From IMG/VR virus record IMGVR_UViG_2974628344_000001, positions 1 to 60,328 of that record: a stretch of 60,328 nt of DNA. One strand, 5' to 3'. Both the position numbers and the translations under genes were made by a program. Of this stretch, positions 8,708 through 15,603 are shown one piece after another (the first letter of the stretch is position 1; every line of letters begins with the position of its first letter). Source of the DNA: Streptomyces virus Wollford (lineage: Duplodnaviria; Heunggongvirae; Uroviricota; Caudoviricetes). The notes under the pieces were generated by a model. It was not told the origin of the DNA. It was given only the letters and a program-made list of their open reading frames with translations, and did no database searches.

Positions 8708-8989
8708 TCACTCATAGGGAACGTAGTCACTCTCACGCTGAGCAGGCTTACGCTCGATACGGTCGATGTACTGACCGATGCTGTTGACGGACCAAATGGG
8801 CTTCATGCCCTTGTTGCTGTACCGCTTCTTGGTCAGTCGCTTGAGAACCGTTTCGGCCTCACGACGGGAACGCACCTTGATGGACACGCAGGGCTCACGG
8901 TAGTTGTACCAGATGCCGCCCTCTTCGGGTCCTCCATACGCACGATCTTCGAGGTAGATGTTGGCGTAGAAAGGCTTCGTCGTCTTCAT
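8708..8989 (-). CDS. Hypothetical protein, 93 aa (YGGPEEGGIWY motif), probably leaderless
   Basis: ATG lies 8 nt downstream of -10 TAGACT. Confidence 0.7.
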   Translation of the reverse strand: MKTTKPFYANIYLEDRAYGGPEEGGIWYNYREPCVSIKVRSRREAETVLKRLTKKRYSNKGMKPIWSVNSIGQYIDRIERKPAQRESDYVPYE

Positions 8990-9067
8990 AGGGATGAGTC
9001 TAGCAGAGTATCGGGCCGGTGGCAACAGATTCTCAATTTAGCCGGGGCGGCCCCGAAGGGCCTCCAA

Positions 9068-9196
9068 TCAGTCATAGATGTACTTGACCTGAGTCTTGCC
9101 GCACTTGATGCATTCGCGAGACTGGAACTGAGGGATCTTGGTGTACAGCTTGTACTGAACAACTACCCACGAAGACCACTTGTGCAGACAGATCAT
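9068..9196 (-). CDS. Small putative zinc-binding protein, 42 aa (CLHKW...RECIKCGK)
   Basis: GGGAGG RBS; own promoter. Confidence 0.7.
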   Translation of the reverse strand: MICLHKWSSWVVVQYKLYTKIPQFQSRECIKCGKTQVKYIYD

Positions 9197-9302
9197 TTTG
9201 TCCTCCCGATTTCTTAGCTCCAGTCTACACCATCGATTTCTTAGTTGCAACATGTCTGCGTAGATTTTTAGTCATCTAGCCGGGGCGGCTAACTTTTTAG
9301 TC

Positions 9303-9367
9303 AAAATTCACCCCTATGATTCGAAGGAAATTAGGCTAAAAACCTAAGAATCATAGGGGTGAATTTT
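9303..9367. repeat. 20-bp perfect inverted repeat with an inner 5-bp stem
   Basis: AAAATTCACCCCTATGATTC (9303-9322) / GAATCATAGGGGTGAATTTT (9348-9367); inner TTAGG/CCTAA. Confidence 0.85.
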
Positions 9368-9381
9368 CAAGACCAATTAAT

Positions 9382-9612
9382 TCACTGGTCCCAAAGCTCC
9401 TGAACCTTCGCCCAGAAGCGATGAATTCGAGGATCGTTGTTGTCGTTCGCGTAGAAGGGATCGCACGGAGTGCCTGTCAGCGTTTGTGCGATATCGGGCC
9501 TTACGCGGGCAACTCGATTGAAGCAGAATTGCCCATAACGCTGCTCGTCGTTGTCATTCTGATACGCCCAGATGGTATCGAGAATGAATTGGTTCAAGGA
9601 AACCTGCGGCAT
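9382..9612 (-). CDS. Hypothetical protein, 76 aa
   Basis: Start moved to MPQVSL; GGAAG RBS. Confidence 0.7.
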   Translation of the reverse strand: MPQVSLNQFILDTIWAYQNDNDEQRYGQFCFNRVARVRPDIAQTLTGTPCDPFYANDNNDPRIHRFWAKVQELWDQ

Positions 9613-9613
9613 T

Positions 9614-9793
9614 TCACTTCCAATCGGTGGGAACTTGCCTGCCACTGGTAAGCATTGTGTCGAGTGTGGTGATCTGCTCGATGATTCCGAGGGCCAATTG
9701 CCTCTCTTCACCTACAGAAGTGGCATTCCAGTAGCGCTCAATTCCTTCACGAATCTTTTCGAGCTTCTTTTGTGCGTATTCCTCGGGGGACAT
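9614..9793 (-). CDS. Hypothetical protein, 59 aa
   Basis: Start moved to MSPEEY; GGAAGGA RBS. Confidence 0.7.
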   Translation of the reverse strand: MSPEEYAQKKLEKIREGIERYWNATSVGEERQLALGIIEQITTLDTMLTSGRQVPTDWK

Positions 9794-9995
9794 ATTTTTC
9801 GTCCTTCCCACTACCACAAAGGCAGTATTTGGAATGTTTCGCTTCCACCGGGCGAAATCCGCTTTCGCTGTACTTTCGAAGGAGAATTTGCAGATTTCCC
9901 GAAGAAATAACGCCCGTTTCGGAAAAGAGTCCGTTCTTTTCCAGTTTGAGGGTAAGAGAATGTGTCAGAACGGATTTGGCCTTTTTCTTGAACAT
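9747..9995 (-). CDS. Hypothetical protein, 82 aa, with a SEC-C-like CLCGSGK motif
   Basis: AGGGGGAAG RBS; overlaps the next gene by 47 nt. Confidence 0.45.
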   Translation of the reverse strand: MFKKKAKSVLTHSLTLKLEKNGLFSETGVISSGNLQILLRKYSESGFRPVEAKHSKYCLCGSGKDEKYVPRGIRTKEARKDS

Positions 9996-10040
9996 TCTTC
10001 CCCCTATATGGGGGATACCCGTAGATATCCCCCATATGAG

Positions 10041-10193
10041 TTACGCCAGTTCGGAAACGTGCGGGTAAGCGTCCCAGTCCATCTCTACGGTACGCTCATC
10101 CTCCCTCACCGTGGATACGGTAAGGCTGGACACGGAAACCAGGCCCTCAGATACGGCCCGCTCCAGAAGTTCGAGAGTGGTCAAGTTGATCAT
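10041..10193 (-). CDS. Hypothetical protein, 50 aa (MINLTTLELLERAVSEG...)
   Basis: Translated by hand; GGAAGGG RBS; promoter 10218-10246; 12-bp hairpin at 10007-10037 downstream. Confidence 0.7.
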   Translation of the reverse strand: MINLTTLELLERAVSEGLVSVSSLTVSTVREDERTVEMDWDAYPHVSELA

Positions 10194-10565
10194 TCCCTTC
10201 CGTCTTGGTGTAGTACCAGTCTAGTGGATGTATGAGCACAGGTCAACCTACAACACCGGGCCAAAAAGTCCCCGGAAATTTTTGTAATCTTTCGTACACG
10301 CGCGGGAGATATGTCCCGGAAATTCCAAATGTCCTCGTAAATACGAATGCCCCATATGCGCTATGTACCCCATATGGATGGGTCTGATATGGTATGGCCC
10401 ATATGTACCCTGTGTACCCAATGTCCGTTTTGCCCTATATGTCGGACCGCCCCGGTCGAATCCTTTACCAAGCCGTTACCTAAAAAGCTCAGATTCGGGG
10501 GTTTCCGCGTGTGTGCTGGGGTAGTCTGTAGGTACAACGACAGAGCAAGCCAAGGGAGAGACACC

Positions 10566-11027
10566 ATGATCACCACCACCACCGCCCCGGTTACCCACAA
10601 CGCCAACACCCACCAGTGCAGGGCAGATGACCGCACCGCTGGTAGCGCATACCGGCGTCAGTTGCTCGCTACGGTGCTCATGCTGGCTAGCCTTACGGGG
10701 CACTCGGACGGAGAGACCTACGCGGTGTGTGTGGGGTGTGGTGAGAATGCGTACGTGGGTGGCAACCCCCGAAACATGGACACCCTGAACCTTGGTCACG
10801 TGCTGGCAGACGCTAACGGTGGTACCTACTGCGTGGCGAACATGCTTCCCCTTTGCCGACAGTGCAACGAGGACATGGGTAAGGAAAGCCTTACCGATGT
10901 GCTTGTTCCTCTCTACGACAATCGTTCGATGTGGAACGGCAAGCTGATCAAGGACATGGGCAAGGTCAAGCAGGAGCCGCAGGCTAACCGTGGACAGGCC
11001 CGCTGGAACCGCCCTGAGAGCGTCTGA
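10566..11027 (+). CDS. HNH endonuclease
   Basis: CVGCG...LNLGHVLADANGG...NMLPLCRQCN; start at ATG 10566 after GGGAG. Confidence 0.8.
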   Translation: MITTTTAPVTHNANTHQCRADDRTAGSAYRRQLLATVLMLASLTGHSDGETYAVCVGCGENAYVGGNPRNMDTLNLGHVLADANGGTYCVANMLPLCRQCNEDMGKESLTDVLVPLYDNRSMWNGKLIKDMGKVKQEPQANRGQARWNRPESV

Positions 11028-11042
11028 GAGCCTTTGAGAATA

Positions 11043-11073
11043 GCCCCTAGGTCTGAGTACCTAGGGGCCTTTT
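11043..11073 (+). terminator. Intrinsic terminator after the HNH gene
   Basis: GCCCCTAGGT/ACCTAGGGGC 10-bp stem followed by CTTTT. Confidence 0.75.
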
Positions 11074-11309
11074 CATGCCCTTAGACGGGCGCACAGGGCT
11101 TTTGAACACGGTTTTCAAATGGCCTGCCCTGCCTTGTGGAACCTTCCCCGGAGAGAATGTCAACCCCTATGGGCGCACTAAATGAAATCGTTACTAACTA
11201 TGCGAAGCATGTATCATACATCACAAAAAATTACTAACATTTCAGATTCAAATAAAGATGATCTTGTACAGCACGCTTACAGCGATTAACCGCCCCGGTT
11301 ATTTGAGGT

Positions 11310-11501
11310 TCAGTCTCGCCACAATTCAAATCCGACGATATGCATACATGGTTCAAATCGGGCATGAGCGTCGCATTGACAATTGAAACAATCCGGGGTG
11401 ACCATAATAGTGCTTGGTTCATTTCCACAATACAGACAGCCTGGTAAGCCTGCTTCTGCGAGCTTTAAGCCTTCATAAGATACACAGAAGGCTCGATACA
11501 T
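11310..11501 (-). CDS. Cys-rich hypothetical protein, 63 aa
   Basis: Start moved to MYRAFC; AGGA RBS; CLYC/CxCxC motifs. Confidence 0.55.
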   Translation of the reverse strand: MYRAFCVSYEGLKLAEAGLPGCLYCGNEPSTIMVTPDCFNCQCDAHARFEPCMHIVGFELWRD

Positions 11502-11526
11502 TTGATATCCTACTTGTTTGTCAGTC

Positions 11527-11766
11527 TTACAATTCATTTGCATCACTGTCTGATTCATCTGACATATCCCAACTTGGTGGAGGTCCGGCAATCTTGCCAG
11601 CCTTATGCAATGCCAATAGCTTTACTGCTTCATCTGGATTAATGCCTCTTGCTATGCACATCATAATGTCATAGAGTCTTAGAAGCATGATTGTATTTAC
11701 TACTTCATAGGAGTCTTTATCAAATACATCTGTTTCAAGGGGATCATTAGCGCCGGGCTCGTTCAT
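11527..11766 (-). CDS. Hypothetical protein, 79 aa
   Basis: GGAGG RBS. Confidence 0.75.
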   Translation of the reverse strand: MNEPGANDPLETDVFDKDSYEVVNTIMLLRLYDIMMCIARGINPDEAVKLLALHKAGKIAGPPPSWDMSDESDSDANEL

Positions 11767-11921
11767 ACATCCTCCATTTTCAGTACGAAAGTCATTCCTT
11801 CTTCTTCATCGAAACAGTCGATATCTACATCAATTACATGATCAACTACATCGGGAGTTTCGATTTGGACCAGATATTCTGGATTCTTGCTCAGGATTTC
11901 AATCAGTTCTCTTGCTAGCAT
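11763..11921 (-). CDS. Acidic hypothetical protein, 52 aa (MLARELIEILSKNPEY...)
   Basis: Translated by hand; GGAGG RBS; ATGA overlap with the next gene. Confidence 0.65.
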   Translation of the reverse strand: MLARELIEILSKNPEYLVQIETPDVVDHVIDVDIDCFDEEEGMTFVLKMEDV

Positions 11922-12603
11922 TCAGTGCCTCCAGTGTTCTTGGGAAAACCTGCTTTGTCAGATCATTAACAGCTTTAGCATACTGCTGGATCTCGTATTG
12001 AGCATCATGCTCTAGTCTTTCTGCAAGGAAGTGAGCAACGGTAGCCAAACTTGTGGTCCAACGCCACCGGACGAACATTCCATATGCAGGAAGAAATAGT
12101 CTTGCCTGCTCTGGAGCAATTTCTTCGTCCATTGCTTGCTTATAGAGTTCTTCGCCCTTGAGAATATAGTCTACGAGAAGAGAGGTGAATTGATATCCCT
12201 TACTCTTATCGATAGGCTCTCCGCTTCCTTGCTTGGAATTAGCAGGCTTTGATCTCCATGCGCCACCATCTGGAATGTAGAATTCCGGCTCCTCGGTAAT
12301 GTATCTGCGAGAAGACTCATTCCATCCAGTTTGATCTTCCAGGTGGCTAGATGCTACAGCATACTTCCACCATTGACGCGCCACGAATAGTGGAGCGTAC
12401 ACCTCAAATGTCAATGCTGCATGTCTAAACGGGGAAAGATGACCTTCCCGTACAAGGAACTTTAGTAGTCTGTCGTCCTTGTTGGAAAAGTCATCTGATT
12501 CCTTCGCATAGGAAACACGAGCAGCATTGACGATAGACAAATCATTACCAAGACTATCAACTAGTCTTACGTAGCCCTTGTCTAATACATCAATCTTCGT
12601 CAA
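11899..12603 (-). CDS. thyX: FAD-dependent thymidylate synthase
   Basis: IVNAARVSY, HLSPFRHAALTFEVYAPLFVARQWWKY, WNESSRRY, EQARLFLP. Confidence 0.92.
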   Translation of the reverse strand: MTKIDVLDKGYVRLVDSLGNDLSIVNAARVSYAKESDDFSNKDDRLLKFLVREGHLSPFRHAALTFEVYAPLFVARQWWKYAVASSHLEDQTGWNESSRRYITEEPEFYIPDGGAWRSKPANSKQGSGEPIDKSKGYQFTSLLVDYILKGEELYKQAMDEEIAPEQARLFLPAYGMFVRWRWTTSLATVAHFLAERLEHDAQYEIQQYAKAVNDLTKQVFPRTLEALNASKRTD

Positions 12604-12835
12604 CTTCTAGCCATCCTTGTTCTTCAAAAGCGGTGACCCAGTCACTCGCTGGCAGATCTGATGGAACCATAACCACCTTGAAGGTGTGAATCTCACCACT
12701 TCGAATTTCACGAACCGCAAAATGGTCGCCTACATAGGTAATTTCGTGCGTTCCTTCGTAATGATTTGTGTTATTGCATACATCTTCAAACAGAAAGAGA
12801 CTCAGAATCTGCTCTGCACCTTCTCTGGTTGTCAT
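12590..12835 (-). CDS. Hypothetical protein, 81 aa
   Basis: ORF in a tightly coupled operon. Confidence 0.7.
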   Translation of the reverse strand: MTTREGAEQILSLFLFEDVCNNTNHYEGTHEITYVGDHFAVREIRSGEIHTFKVVMVPSDLPASDWVTAFEEQGWLEVDED

Positions 12836-12996
12836 TTCAGGTTCTCAATCTCTCCGTCTAGTCGCTTTATTTCTCTTTCGGCACGCTTAGCGCCTACCTG
12901 ATCACCGGCCCGAATTGCCTTGTCCATTGCTCGGGCTGCATTTCTGCGCTGCTCTCTGAGACTATTGAGCGCTCTGCGAACTCCCAGTTCACCCAT
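12832..12996 (-). CDS. Small helical hypothetical protein, 54 aa
   Basis: Start moved to MGELGV, overlapping the upstream stop. Confidence 0.65.
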   Translation of the reverse strand: MGELGVRRALNSLREQRRNAARAMDKAIRAGDQVGAKRAEREIKRLDGEIENLK

Positions 12997-13153
12997 TTTC
13001 TGACAACCAATCATGCATAGCCTTGATAATAACAGCTTGGCTAGATGCTTCCTTTTCGTTCTTCTCCTTGCGGGCGCGCAGGTAAGACTTGTTCGCAGCC
13101 TCAAGTATTCGATTTGCTTCCTTGACGTTCTTTGGTCTAGGAACCGCCATCAT
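12989..13153 (-). CDS. Basic hypothetical protein, 54 aa (MMAVPRPKNVKEANR...)
   Basis: Translated by hand; AAGGAG RBS. Confidence 0.65.
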   Translation of the reverse strand: MMAVPRPKNVKEANRILEAANKSYLRARKEKNEKEASSQAVIIKAMHDWLSENG

Positions 13154-13165
13154 CACTCCTTGGGT

Positions 13166-13579
13166 GTGACACTTTTGTCACGTTGTTTTTATCTGTCACT
13201 AGAATGTCACACCCAATGTCACTTGTCAAGGTGACAGACGTGACAGTGACACTGAGATTGTGTTGGCAGAAATGTCACGGCCCTTAATGTCACTGATTAT
13301 CTTACGTAGCTCAGCTTTGTCACGAGTTCCATCGTCCCATAGCTCTCTGACCAGGCGTGACACGCTTTTTGACTTGTCATCTGTTGTGTCACGACGTGGA
13401 ATTTCTGTCACGTTTGTCACGATTGGCGTGACAACAGGCGTTACAGTCTTAGTTTCCTTGACAGGAGTGTCATTCTTTGTCATGACAGTTTTGTCACGTG
13501 ACTTGTCATGCTTGTCACGTCGTTTGTCACTATTTTTGTCACGCTTTCGTGACAGACTTTCACCTGTCACGTTTGTCAC
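13166..13579. repeat. Dense array of TGTCAC/GTGACA hexamers (23 exact copies plus ~7 near-matches in 414 bp)
   Basis: Counted by eye: TGTCAC at 13176,13194,13205,13217,13273,13288,13318,13387,13406,13415,13492,13513,13525,13537,13565,13574; GTGACA at 13166,13231,13240,13246,13357,13428,13549. Confidence 0.92.
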
Positions 13580-14095
13580 GACTTCATTCAGACGGAAGAA
13601 TACGACATTCTTGAAGCCAACAAAAGTCTTCCACGGAAAGATCATCCAGCTCACCTTTCCGAACACTGGCATCCTCTTGGGAACCAGTCCATTGGCGCGC
13701 ATCTCTGAACGGTGCACGAAGCGCAGATACAATTCAAACAATACGCCTGCGATAATCGGTGGCGCTCCAAAAAGAACTTTTCCAGGAGTACCATAATTAA
13801 GCAGCGCTGCGTGCTCTACGTTCAGATATACTGACGTTCCTACAAAGGCGTAGGTGGCCAGCTTTGGGGCAAATCCACTGTCTTCTGTGCGGGCGTACTT
13901 GGATGCAAGATCAGCAACGAACAAAGCAGCTCCATCGAATGCGATACTTACTCCAAACGCCAGCTCCTTTGGAACACCGTAGAATTCTACAGCCATTGAG
14001 TAAAGGGACCACCAGCTTAGAGCAAGAGCAACGATAAGAACTGCTCCGAATGATACTGCACCTCGCCAGTCCATAAGACGCTTGAGGTTTTTCAT
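13226..14095 (-). CDS. DUF2637-like multi-pass membrane protein with a low-complexity linker and putative C-terminal helical/HTH domain
   Basis: Four N-terminal hydrophobic segments with ALSWWSL..AV..G.P..LA.GVSIAFDG; C-terminal helical SVSRLVRELWDDG...ANTISVSLSRL. Confidence 0.75.
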   Translation of the reverse strand: MKNLKRLMDWRGAVSFGAVLIVALALSWWSLYSMAVEFYGVPKELAFGVSIAFDGAALFVADLASKYARTEDSGFAPKLATYAFVGTSVYLNVEHAALLNYGTPGKVLFGAPPIIAGVLFELYLRFVHRSEMRANGLVPKRMPVFGKVSWMIFPWKTFVGFKNVVFFRLNEVVTNVTGESLSRKRDKNSDKRRDKHDKSRDKTVMTKNDTPVKETKTVTPVVTPIVTNVTEIPRRDTTDDKSKSVSRLVRELWDDGTRDKAELRKIISDIKGRDISANTISVSLSRLSP

Positions 14096-14112
14096 TCTAC
14101 TCCTTAAATGAC

Positions 14113-14144
14113 AAAAGGCAGGCGGCCCGTTAAGGCCGCCTGCT
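14113..14144 (-). terminator. Intrinsic terminator after the dps-like gene
   Basis: GCAGGCGGCC/GGCCGCCTGC 10-bp stem, CTTTT on the minus strand. Confidence 0.75.
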
Positions 14145-14150
14145 ATTCAG

Positions 14151-14552
14151 TTATCTTGCTGACTCAGAGAACATCCAGAGCCACTTATCGACGCCGCGCT
14201 TAATTTCGATTAGTACATCTTGCGTAGCGAGGTCGTCGGTAATATTAAAGATAGCACCTGAGAGCACCATTGTCAAGCTCTCAAGTGAACGCTTCATTCC
14301 ATTAGTCACCTGGAGAAATGATACTGACTCACCAGAGAATTCGTAAGAGATCTTAGGAGACAAATACATCTCTCTCGCTCTTGCACGTTCTGCTACTGTG
14401 TCAGCATATTCATTGATATCATCATGGAATTCATCCAGCTTCTCGTGAAGATAGAAGAACTCACTGCCTCGGAGATTCCAATGGTTCTCCTTGACTGCCA
14501 AGGAGAGAGTTAGCAACCATTCCAGAATCTCTTCTAGCTTCTGTTCTAGCAC
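14151..14552 (-). CDS. dps: Dps/ferritin-like protein
   Basis: HWNLRGSEFFYLHEKLDEF...ADTVAER and D.AT.D.L...DK.LW motifs. Confidence 0.85.
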   Translation of the reverse strand: MLEQKLEEILEWLLTLSLAVKENHWNLRGSEFFYLHEKLDEFHDDINEYADTVAERARAREMYLSPKISYEFSGESVSFLQVTNGMKRSLESLTMVLSGAIFNITDDLATQDVLIEIKRGVDKWLWMFSESAR

Positions 14553-14763
14553 GCTCCACCTCCTTGATCATTGATTTGATTTGATGATGCATCTCCAATC
14601 CTGGTTTGATATAGATATCATCGGTCGGACACCAGAGATATGGGTCGGAAGATGCATCAGGCTTAGTGCGCAATATTAAGTTATTATGACAATCGGGGCA
14701 TTCCCACGCCGGGGCGAGATCGTCCTTAATTAGCTGATTGTATTTATGTAATTCTACCCACAT
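14461..14763 (-). CDS. Hypothetical zinc-ribbon protein
   Basis: CPDC...CP motif; overlaps dps by ~90 nt. Confidence 0.6.
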   Translation of the reverse strand: MWVELHKYNQLIKDDLAPAWECPDCHNNLILRTKPDASSDPYLWCPTDDIYIKPGLEMHHQIKSMIKEVERARTEARRDSGMVANSLLGSQGEPLESPRQ

Positions 14764-14775
14764 GAATCTAGTCTA

Positions 14776-14982
14776 TCACGCATTTCTCAAATTGTAGAGA
14801 GTCGTGTGAAGCGTCTCTACTGCATCATCTATCGCGTTGTGTAGATTCTGGGTTTCTTGCTGCCATGCCTGATCTGACTCAATAGCCTCTCGCTTTAGAT
14901 CTTCAATAGCTTGATCAGCTTCATAAGCATCCCAGCCACAAGAGATCATGCATTCTCGGATGATTGATTCACATCTTGTCAT
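14776..14982 (-). CDS. Hypothetical protein, 68 aa
   Basis: Start moved to MTRCES; GGGAAG RBS. Confidence 0.65.
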   Translation of the reverse strand: MTRCESIIRECMISCGWDAYEADQAIEDLKREAIESDQAWQQETQNLHNAIDDAVETLHTTLYNLRNA

Positions 14983-15140
14983 TTGATCTTCCCATATTCT
15001 ATAAGAACGATTAGACACACCATACAAAGAGCAAGAACTCCGACGCCCGTTAGAATGTTTGGCCAGATAGCCAGACTAAGGACCATCAGAATAGTCGTGC
15101 TGAAGAGTATTGCTATAAATACTCGTTCCTTATTCGTCAC
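14979..15140 (-). CDS. Small two-TM membrane protein
   Basis: GTG start with AAGGA RBS; two hydrophobic segments. Confidence 0.65.
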   Translation of the reverse strand: MTNKERVFIAILFSTTILMVLSLAIWPNILTGVGVLALCMVCLIVLIEYGKIK

Positions 15141-15603
15141 GTAATCTTTCCTTGATTCTTGTTGTTGACATTCCTGTACGTCTGTCAATGTAAATCAGAA
15201 TTAGATCGTTCTCGTCAAGCCATTCCTTGGTGAATCCCATTTGACCATAATAGTCTCTACCAGCCCAGTCTGAGCCGATGGCAATTACTTCAATAAGGCC
15301 GCTGATACCTGCGTCGTTCATGACTTTGCAGGCATTCACAATGGACTCTTTTGAATCCTCTTCGCCAATATTGGGAACAACAAGGTCTACGTATCGGCAT
15401 GACTCCAGAACTAACTTGCGCTCTCTGAATGTCTGTACTGGCGGACCGGCCTTGAATCTTGCGATGAATTCATCAGTATTCAAACTGACAACTACCTTGC
15501 CATCACCAGCCAGCCTTTTGCAGGAACGGAGGAGTTCGACATGACCTTCGTGAAATAGGTCAAAAGTTCCTCCAGTATAGATGTTAGGCAAGTCTCTCAA
15601 CAT
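15130..15603 (-). CDS. Cytidylyltransferase (TagD/CTP_transf family)
   Basis: YTGGTFDLFHEGH (HxGH), SLNTDEF, RERKLVLESCRYVD, GSDW, STTRI. Confidence 0.88.
   Translation of the reverse strand: MLRDLPNIYTGGTFDLFHEGHVELLRSCKRLAGDGKVVVSLNTDEFIARFKAGPPVQTFRERKLVLESCRYVDLVVPNIGEEDSKESIVNACKVMNDAGISGLIEVIAIGSDWAGRDYYGQMGFTKEWLDENDLILIYIDRRTGMSTTRIKERLRDE

Larger units (their letters stand above)
1151..10246 (-). promoter_or_regulatory. Family of ~17 leftward sigma70/HrdB-type promoters
   Basis: -35/-10 pairs with 17-18 bp spacers, e.g. TAGACA(1179-1174)/TAGACT(1156-1151), TAGACA(1433)/TAGACT(1410), TTGACC(4371)/TATGCT(4347), TTGACC(5393)/TAGGAT(5369), TTGCAA(5863)/TAGACT(5840), TTGACT(6340)/TAGACT(6316), TTGCAC(6854)/TATACT(6830), TTGCGC(7963)/TAGACT(7940), TTGCCA(9025)/TAGACT(9002), TTGACC(10246)/TAGACT(10223). 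Confidence 0.8.
1..11200. repeat. Putative left long direct terminal repeat / early (host-takeover) region; right boundary approximate
   Basis: GC-rich small-gene cassettes with non-coding AT-rich ends (1-900, ~11070-11300) and an abrupt composition change after ~11.1 kb; the second copy would lie outside the window, so this is inferred from related large Streptomyces phages. Confidence 0.5.
765..11298. repeat. Dispersed intergenic dyad CCG-GGG-CGG / CCG-CCC-CGG, 16 copies
   Basis: CCGGGGCGG at 765,1197,1450,2692,3204,5418,5888,6364,6878,7980,8674,9042,9280; inverted at 4398,7331,11290; all intergenic. Confidence 0.9.

Noticed and set aside
765-9288. CRISPR array or integron reading of the CCGGGGCGG repeats
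   Set aside because: Repeats are only 9-20 bp, spacing is irregular and gene-sized, and there is no cas gene, integrase or attC-type structure
10347-10565. N-terminal extension of the HNH ORF in the track
   Set aside because: It crosses the repeat-rich non-coding region; the RBS-supported start is ATG 10566
13260-13796. 178-aa + strand ORF over the TGTCAC array
   Set aside because: Antisense to the DUF2637-like gene; open only because the repeat lacks stops; no RBS
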